The notes under the pieces were generated by a model, which ran no database searches, was not told the origin of the DNA, and saw nothing but the letters and a program-made list of their open reading frames with translations. From Paraphysomonas bandaiensis (taxonomy: Eukaryota > Protista > Chrysophyceae), in assembly GCA_965644295.1 (NCBI GenBank), contig CBFFRP010000099.1, forward strand, positions 1-16,254: a stretch of 16,254 nucleotides of DNA, given 5' to 3'. The translations under genes were made by a program, and so were the position numbers. Positions 8,943 to 16,254 of this stretch are shown one piece after another. The stretch's first letter is position 1; each line of letters starts with the position of its first letter.

Positions 8943-9212
8943 ATGGATGAGGAGACACTTGACCGAGAACGAGAGTCAGCTACTCTAGAGACAGTGAGGA
9001 CAACTCTTAGGGTTATGCTAGGAGGATTAGATCCATCTATTGCCAATGCAAGTGAAGAACATATTAGGAATATAGGCGCTGGTTTTGGATTGGATGATAC
9101 AGATGTAGAGATCTTAGTATCTCATCTTCATTATACATCTGTTATCTCTTTGTCTGTTTCTGTTATATTATGTTGTGCTATTGAAGTGAGCAAAAGTGTG
9201 CAATATACGTGA
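8943..9212 (+). CDS. Possible short ORF or first exon of an unknown protein
   Basis: ATG at 8943 follows AT-rich sequence; the N-terminal ~65 aa look protein-like (MDEETLDRERESATLETVRTTLRVMLGG...). No recognisable domain. Confidence 0.25.
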   Translation: MDEETLDRERESATLETVRTTLRVMLGGLDPSIANASEEHIRNIGAGFGLDDTDVEILVSHLHYTSVISLSVSVILCCAIEVSKSVQYT

Positions 9213-10441
9213 AACCAACTAGTAGTTATAAGTGGTTAGATCAATAACTCTAATTCTTTCTTGAAAGTGCGTTGCGTGCATGAAAGCAATTCAGGTTTAC
9301 GTGTTGAGCAAAGTTTATTTGAGTGTAATGTCAACATTCCCAACATCTACAAACCTATTTCCCTGAAGCACTACCTACAAGATTACGCATATAACGTTTG
9401 GCTAAATAAAACCACGTTCTAAAAACATGGGTACAGAGAGACAAACATAGCAGCTGGTTTGAGACGAGTTGCAGCATAGCATCATCAAGACGCCCATCGT
9501 ACCGGTTTTGGTAGATTAGGGATCGACTGCTCTATTCACCGAGTGAACTGCACACGTCTCCACCTCAAAAAGAAATAGGCCTACATCCACGACATCAAAA
9601 GTAGATTCCGAGATCACTCGTTACATATAGCCATGGATGTCATCGCAGTGCAAGACACACGACTCCCTAAACTACTTCTCACCCATGCGCGCTCGCTACC
9701 TCGACTTCAATCACGACGTCATTTTGCCTCCTGCGCACAGATATTTAACCCATCAACAAGCACATACTCCACTACAGATGAAGAGAGTTATCCACTGGAC
9801 ATGTGCTGGCCACAGATCCTGAAACTATTGTTACGGTCAAGATCCATAGCATAAATAGCATTGCATCTATTGACTACACCAGCATGCTAATTGCATTTGC
9901 ATCAATTCCATTTATGAGAAGTTTAATACCCATTTCTGTATATATAGATATATGTGTGCATATATATGCCATCAGCATCTTAACCTCTCATGTATTTGGA
10001 CGCAAAGTACAGCAATACTACTGCAAAACATCATTATAGTATACAGTACTGTATACTCCTTCATATACAATTACACGAAAATTACACACTTTGGACCATT
10101 TTTAAAAACACAAAATGTGTCGTTTTTTTGCGATGCACTTTGTGAGGCCACTAATTATGGTGAAGACAAAAGACAAAAAGATGGAAGACATTTTGTCTTC
10201 CTGGCATGAAAAGCAGGAATTATGGGAGGACAAAAGACAGAAATCGGCCAAAAGACAAAATGTCTTTCTGTCTTCGGGAGACAAAAAGACATAAATATGA
10301 GCAAATTTATGTCTTTTTGTCTTCGAAGACATAAATCAAGAGTGGAAGACATTTTTACACAATGAAGCACTAATTAGGGCTTATATGCCTGATAAACAGC
10401 ACAGATCGCAATGATTTACAGTCTCAAACATTGGCAGAAGC

Positions 10442-11085
10442 TTGCTATTGCTTTGGCAGGCATGGAGACCCATGGTGTCAAGACCACGACGATTGCAGAG
10501 CAACGGAACAATACCGTCCGGCGTACAGATGAGGGAGTTGCTCATAAAGACGTTGGAGCTCTCCTGGAATCGTAAAGAAGCTGAAAGGGTGAAAAGGAGA
10601 GCTCTAGCACAAATTCGGGAGGCGAGTTATATGATAATAATGACAGCAACCCCAAGCCATTTGACCCCAATGGTAGTTATCTTGGTCCGATCGATTTTAT
10701 TGTGTTCATGCAAGTAGGCCTACCAGCTGGGGAACATTATTGGGATGGTTTCAAAGTTATTGTCGGTAATGGTCCTTCCAGTGAGAAACCCCAAGAAAAG
10801 ATACCAAAAGGTTCGAAAGGAAGAAAGGAGCAGCGCAATAAGAGCTTGAAGGAGTCTGGTTATTCGGAAGGAGATTCTAATAGCATAGGAGAATATGAGG
10901 TCAGAATGACAGCCCGTCACAATCGTATGGAGGAGTTCAGATATTATTTTACTATGTTTCCGGACGACCAAGATATGAAGGACAAATTCAAAGAGTTCAT
11001 CAACTCCGATCTAGCTCCAACGCTGAAGAGAAAAGCTTCCTCTGTATTAATGACACCACCAAAAACGCACGTAATTCTACTATGA
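10442..11085 (+). pseudogene. Probable Harbinger ORF2 (accessory/DNA-binding protein), frameshifted
   Basis: Two overlapping + ORFs (10442..10717 and a frame open from ~10584 to 11085) lie inside the TIRs, convergent with the transposase as in two-gene PIF/Harbinger elements. A Myb/SANT domain was not positively recognised. Confidence 0.55.
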
Positions 11086-11308
11086 GCACACCTAGTTCTG
11101 CCATTGACAGTACCATAACATCGAACATAACATCGGATATCGTTTCCGATTGAAAGATTATCAAAATGCCAATGCAATTCTAGTTATAGCATATAATCAC
11201 ATGTTGGTATCAGCTATACTATAATTACTGCATAATAATATGCTATTTGCTATGTTAATTGCATGAGCTAAGTAATCAACTGTACTTATGAAACAAATCA
11301 GTTTTTAA

Positions 11309-12390
11309 TTATGACCATACAAAAGTTTTATCACTACACATACGCATGAAATGGTTAACAGTTTTATCACTACACATACGCATGAAATGGTTAACAAATT
11401 TATTTCTGAGGACAGTGTGCTCATTTTCAACTTCAGTACGTACAGCTTCAACTGTATCAAACAATGTACACCACATCGATGTTTGGGATCTGTTAGATCC
11501 GTGTCTCTCTGTACTCTAAGCACAACTTCTTTCAACTTACCGTTATTTTCTCTGTGAACTTTAAATGCTTTATCTATGTCGCATAAATCATGAAATCCAT
11601 CTGGTCCATTCCATTCCACACCCTGCTCCCACAGCTTAAACAAGTTATCATTCCTCATGATCTCATTGTGTAGACAACAGCATGTGAAAAATACATTGTC
11701 AATTTCCTCTTTACTTTGAAGCAGAATAGGAATTTTTAGAATTCGAAAACGCCCCTTGAGTATACCGAATGTGCATTCGATGTCCTTGCGAACCGATTCT
11801 AGCCACTTTGACCAGATTCTGAGGTCATGGGCAGATGTATTTTTAACTGGACACTGCATGCACCTCCATTTATGATATCCTCCATCACAAATGAAATATA
11901 AACCCTTTATCTCCTCTTCGTTGTCGTCATGTGTATTCTTCACTTTTACGACCTAGAATACACAGTTCAAACAACCTCAAATATTCTAAACAGGAAAATA
12001 CCTATCGCGTCAGTATCAGCGATGGGTTGCCCTGTTAACTTATTCTTACGAAGTGAGGAATCTTTAGCCCATAGGACTATTTCTTGAAACATTTGATACG
12101 GAACTCGAAAACGCGTTCTGAAAAGCTTGCCTGATGCAGAGTCACGTGATATATAAAACAGTACCAGAAGTCATACCTTCACGAGTTGTTGGGTCTCTTA
12201 TCCTTGCATCCCTCAGCAGGAGGCCCCATGGCGTGTCATCGTAGTCAATACGTTCATACACATTTCTCCTTGCAATTATACGATCCTCACTGGACGCTCG
12301 AGTTTTCTTCACAAGCTGTTTGATGAAGGATGTTTTCTCCTTTTTGTATACTAAGTACTTTCGGGACAATGTACCCACGCGAAATATCAT
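11309..12390 (-). pseudogene. Harbinger (DDE_Tnp_4/HARBI1-like) transposase, spliced, with central deletion and C-terminal frameshift
   Basis: N-terminal part PWGLLL...REG|KLFRTRFRVPYQMFQEIV...DAIG|RKS is joined through GT-AG introns at 12131-12176 (46 nt) and 11953-12001 (49 nt). C-terminal part has YFICDGGY, RKDIECTFGILKGRFRIL and CCCLHN. The two parts are out of frame and the region that should hold the first catalytic Asp is missing. A likely true C-terminus EVENEHTVLRNKFVNHF...FVWS* is in a shifted frame. Confidence 0.88.
11324..11395. repeat. 36-bp perfect tandem duplication in the transposase 3' end
   Basis: agttttatcactacacatacgcatgaaatggttaac occurs at 11324-11359 and 11360-11395. 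Confidence 0.95.
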
Positions 12391-12928
12391 ACTATAAACT
12401 TTACACTGTCACTTGTGACTTGTGTTGTAATGCTAATGCTCTGATTCACAATGCATTCAGTGAGAACAAGCGAGTATGAATGAACAGAAATTCAAATTCG
12501 AACACAAAATCCATGTTTTTGTCTTCTGTCTTTCTGTCTGCACCATAATTCCAGCTCCATTCGCACCTGGACAAAAACAATTCTGCTGAAAAAATGTCTT
12601 TTGTCTTTTTGTTTTATGTCTTCACCATAATTAGTGGCCTGACGGACTTTGTGACATTTTTTTTAAAACGATATTTTTTACATAAAAATCCCTGTTTTTT
12701 GAATAAAATAAAATGAAAGTACAGAACGTCGTATTGTCGTAGAATTCCAACCAAATATGAAATCACACGAAAGTTGTGTGTATTTCTATGGTATATGTAC
12801 TCTGTAGGGGCGGTTTAATAGACCAACCAAACATTTGCGTCAGTTCGGTGAGTTGTATACGCATAAGAAATATACTGCTTGGGAAGGCTGAGGTCTATTG
12901 TTTTTACTGTAGAAGGTATCTCTCGGGC

Positions 12929-13431
12929 ATGAGCACATCTGACCCCACGATATCGGCATGGTATACGGAACACCCTCTCATTTCCACAGTATTGTGGTTG
13001 ATGGGAACAGCGACAGATGCACCAGTTGAAGAGAAGCCATCGAAATTAACAACTAAATTATCGTGGAAGGATGAGCAGGATGGAGGGCAGATTGCTGAAT
13101 ATTTTGCCCCTCCCAAAATTCGGCGGAAGCAACTGGACTCACTTTCTGATGAAAAGGCACCCAAGCCTGATGAATCGACAATGTCACGAAAACAGTCATT
13201 AACTAGTCTTCCGCGAACTGAGTCAGAGGTAATATACTATGTAGTTGTGTATTTGATGATATTGTTATCCAGATTGACAATGATTCGGCGGATGCGTATG
13301 AGACTGGATTTGATGATAGTTTCGCACATCGGTTCGAGGATGAAACCACTTCGCCCCAATGGGGATGGTACGTGTCAACAACACCACCACAGGAAATGTA
13401 CGGGCAGAGAGCACACAGAGCCACTTCGTGA
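12929..13431 (+). CDS. Probable host gene, 152-aa hypothetical protein; exons 12929-13228 and 13273-13431
   Basis: Removing the 44-nt phase-0 intron GTAATA...ATCCAG (13229-13272) gives a clean ORF: MSTSDPTISAWYTEHPLISTVLW...KLSWKDE...ESE|IDNDS...TTSPQWGWYVSTTPPQEMYG...ATS*. Confidence 0.75.
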
Positions 13432-13849
13432 TGAGTATTTTCGTGTCATGGAAATAAACGAGAAATTGCTTTCTCAGGAATGGTACGAGATGACACTGAA
13501 GCATATAGGAGAAGGAATCGTGCTGTCTGTAGGAAGTACATGTGTGCTATATATTGTTTAATATTCACTGTAAGTATATCGTTGCAGTAGTCTATGTTAG
13601 TTAGGAGTATATGAATGTGAGCTATTTGTCGACAACAGAAGTCCTTACTGTTGTATGTGTTGAAAAACAAAAGTATGTACAAGAATGATACATACAAGTT
13701 CGTTGATGAACAACACATTACATCACTGAGGTATTATTTGTAATTAATGTATTTATCGACTGCGTACGCATGTGCAAGATGCAGTAAGGTTTGTAGAGTA
13801 AAAGGATTGACTGCGACAGAGAGAGAATATGCTCCGACGGAGTAGTTAT

Positions 13850-13967
13850 ATTTAACCACGGGCAATAAGGAGGCTATATCGTCCCGCGCTCAAAATTTTG
13901 AAACGAGGGCGAAAAGCCCGAGTTTTAAAATTGACAAGGGACGATACTCCTTATCCCTAGGTTAAAT
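13850..13967. repeat. ~118-bp imperfect palindrome (foldback)
   Basis: Nested arms: atttaacc/ggttaaat, ataaggag/ctccttat, tatcgtccc/gggacgata, aattttgaaac/gttttaaaatt, and an apical gggc-gaaaa-gccc. Confidence 0.85.
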
Positions 13968-14664
13968 TGTAGCTTATCCTCATGACGTTGAAAAGTTAAT
14001 ATTACATTGTATAGCTATTTGTAGCATGCTTGCTGTATAAAGAAATAGATGTTCCCTGATTAACATTAAGAACACAAATGAGAACTCATATAGTTTCAAA
14101 TCAATGATATGTATACTGTAAGTGTGATGATGAGTGTGAACAGTTGAAGGTGAAAGAGAGGCTTCTTATTCCCTTAATTAGCATCATCATCACATTTATA
14201 TACAGCAGGCTTTACCTTTTCAAGTGCATCTGATCGAATGATGCGTGTATGATATGAGGCACACAATATCATGAGAAGCACGATATGGCTCAAACCCTGA
14301 AAGAACTGGGTGCCACTGCTCCTAACCACCTATATAGCATCAGATATGGTCTCCTGTAATGTTCTTGAAGTTGTTTCGAAGTCCTGGATATGAAGATAGA
14401 TCACTTGCACTGACAGCAGTCGAAGGATGGAATATAACTTGAAGTGTCTAATCGTTTAACTCATGATTGTGGTTTCTCTATAATTGTGTGTACTATAATG
14501 AAATCACATATATACGACTGTCATTATCATACTTAGGATAGAAGTGAGCTTCTGTTGAACCCAATATTGAAGTTGAATGTCTATATTTGCCCGGTGCTGA
14601 TATGAGCGCCCTGTTGAGACAAAATCAGGTCAAAAAAAAAGCTTTTTTTGAGACAAAATGGGGA

Positions 14665-14787
14665 TAACAATATAATTGAAAAACAATGAATATATATATA
14701 TATCTACAGCTACGATGCTATCTACAAGCAATTTCCAGAGTGAAGAAATTGCATCTTATTATCAATAATCAATATTTATCTACCTAC
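14665..14787. repeat. Second (inverted) copy of the 8826-8941 repeat, truncated at an LTR boundary
   Basis: Similarity to 8826-8941 ends exactly at 14787, where tgtagca begins. Confidence 0.8.
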
Positions 14788-15145
14788 TGTAGCAAAATTG
14801 GGTGTGACAAGTATGGGTGATTTAGGAGGTTGTTATGGCTGAAGAATAAGATGAAGTGATGTAGGTTGTAGTATGAGATGAGATGTAGATGGTAGATAAG
14901 GTTAGATTAGAAGATACGAGTATTAAGGCCAGATAATAGGGTTGGAGTGTACCGGAACTATCCGTATATACTGATGTAACGGACGTTTATGGTAACCCAT
15001 ACAGTATTATGATGGTATACGTAGGTATTCTGTAGAATGATATACGTAGAGAAATGTTTCTGAGAACTAGAAACACGTGAAAGACAAAAAGCTCTCTCTA
15101 AAAACGTTTTAACAGATTTAGAGTGCACGCCAGCGGGCTGCTACA
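14788..15145 (+). mobile_element. Probable 5' LTR (358 bp) of a second LTR retrotransposon family (family B)
   Basis: 7-bp terminal inverted repeats TGTAGCA...TGCTACA; it starts exactly where the dispersed repeat is interrupted. Flanks cctac/ctgtt differ, so it is not a solo LTR, and no PPT complement follows. No partner LTR lies in the window. Confidence 0.6.
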
Positions 15146-15393
15146 CTGTTAAGTCTACCAGCGGGTAGAACTCCTCCACACAAACGCAAACCGCAAATGA
15201 GCTTAATTGAATCGTTATTAAAACGTTATATAGAAGAAGAATGAGTAACACAGCTATACATCTCTACAGTGTAACACACACATACACATACATCATGTTC
15301 AGCATTTCACTTCAACACACAACACACCCGATTAGAAGTATTTTATCCGGTATGTATGTACAGCTTCAACACTCTGAGAGTAGAAACTGAAAA

Positions 15394-15775
15394 TGTTGTA
15401 AGGCAATAACAAGCCACAAGTTGATAGTAATGATAGTGTTATTAACTTGTTTTATCAGAGGTTATCTGTGATAATAATGACTAGCATTCTAATCTATCTT
15501 CTATCACAGACTACACCTACAGCTCACTGCTTGGGCACATATATATGCCCTTACTCTATACCAATCCACTGTACATATTGGACTGTACATATCCTACACC
15601 GTATTGTCATCATACACCGTATAATGGTATACCGTTACCCTACTGTAGCTGGCTGTCTACACTGTATATATCCTGTATACTATACATCCACAGTATAGTG
15701 CAATACACAGCAGTATACTATCAAACCAAGCTTTCACTCCAATGACAGCCAACCTCCTATACGGGGATGACAACA
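15394..15775 (-). repeat. 3' LTR of family A copy 2 (382 bp)
   Basis: tgttg...caaca termini. The first 134 nt are identical to 733-866; the remainder has many substitutions and indels. Confidence 0.95.
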
Positions 15776-15903
15776 CACCCTCCTATGTTCAGTCCAACGC
15801 CTGATCTCCTTATCGTCCATAAAATATGAACCTATAAATAAATATTAAATACCGTGACCTCAATCGGCTATTGCTCGACTAAGTCACAACCGCCCCCCCA
15901 TAA

Positions 15904-16254
15904 TGCTCTGTGTCATAGGCTTAAACCCAAATGATACGCAGGCCTTTGCCTATAGACAACAAAAAGTGCTCTGTGTCATAGGCTAAAACCCAAATGATAC
16001 GCAGGCAATTGTCTATAGACAGAATAAAAGAATGCTCTGTGTCATAGGCTTAAACCCAAATGATACGCAGGCCTTTGCCTATAGACAACAAAAAGTGCTC
16101 TGTGTCATAGGCTAAAACCCAAATGATACGCAGGCAATTGTCTATAGACAGAATAAAAGAATGCTCTGTGTCATAGGCTTAAACCCAAATGATACGCAGG
16201 CCTTTGCCTATAGACAACAAAAAGTGCTCTGTGTCATAGGCTAAAACCCAAATG
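15904..16254. repeat. Tandem array of alternating 63- and 66-bp units (129-bp dimer)
   Basis: Core starts at 15904, 15967, 16033, 16096, 16162 and 16225; it is a homologue of the 1255-1705 array. Confidence 0.95.

Larger units (their letters stand above)
10146..12639. mobile_element. PIF/Harbinger DNA transposon (2494 bp), internally deleted and non-autonomous
   Basis: Perfect 23-bp TIRs ggccactaattatggtgaagaca (10146-10168) and its reverse complement (12617-12639); 3-bp TSD TGA (10143-10145, 12640-12642); many subterminal AAGACA motifs; two convergent coding remnants. Confidence 0.93.
15394..16254 (-). mobile_element. 3' end of a second, diverged copy of copia family A (runs off the window end)
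   Basis: LTR 15394-15775, PPT 15776-15788, 3' UTR and tandem array are all collinear with 733-1705. Confidence 0.95.

Noticed and set aside
10102-10370. Minus-strand ORFs 10102..10332 and 10155..10370
   Set aside because: Products of the Harbinger subterminal AAGACA repeats.
12776-13561. 261-aa ORF as annotated in the track
   Set aside because: It reads through a clear GT-AG intron into an implausible frame; the spliced model 12929-13431 is better.
15447-15745. ORFs 15447..15698 and 15545..15745
   Set aside because: They lie within an LTR, and equivalent-length ORFs are not listed for the other two LTR copies.

Overview
Eukaryotic, transposon-dense window; short 44-49 nt GT-AG introns and the gene/TE types suggest a protist, possibly a stramenopile (inference only). 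From left to right: (1) a degenerate Ty1/copia RT-RNase H relic (1-~520, -); (2) a complete, young Ty1/copia LTR retrotransposon (733-7269, -) with near-identical LTRs, where gag-PR and IN-RT-RH lie in one frame split by a single TGA, and a 66/69-bp alternating tandem array fills the 3' UTR; (3) an internally deleted PIF/Harbinger transposon (10146-12639; 23-bp TIRs, TGA TSD); (4) a small spliced host gene (12929-13431); (5) a ~118-bp foldback; (6) the probable 5' LTR of a second LTR family (14788-15145), whose leader appears interrupted by (7) a diverged second copy of the first copia family (15394 to window end). Most notable: the copia element has no tRNA-type (TGG) PBS. The sequence next to its 5' LTR is instead complementary to a segment inside its own LTR, in the geometry of Tf1-type self-priming, and the second LTR family shows a weaker version of the same arrangement. 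There is also a candidate UGA readthrough stem-loop between protease and integrase.
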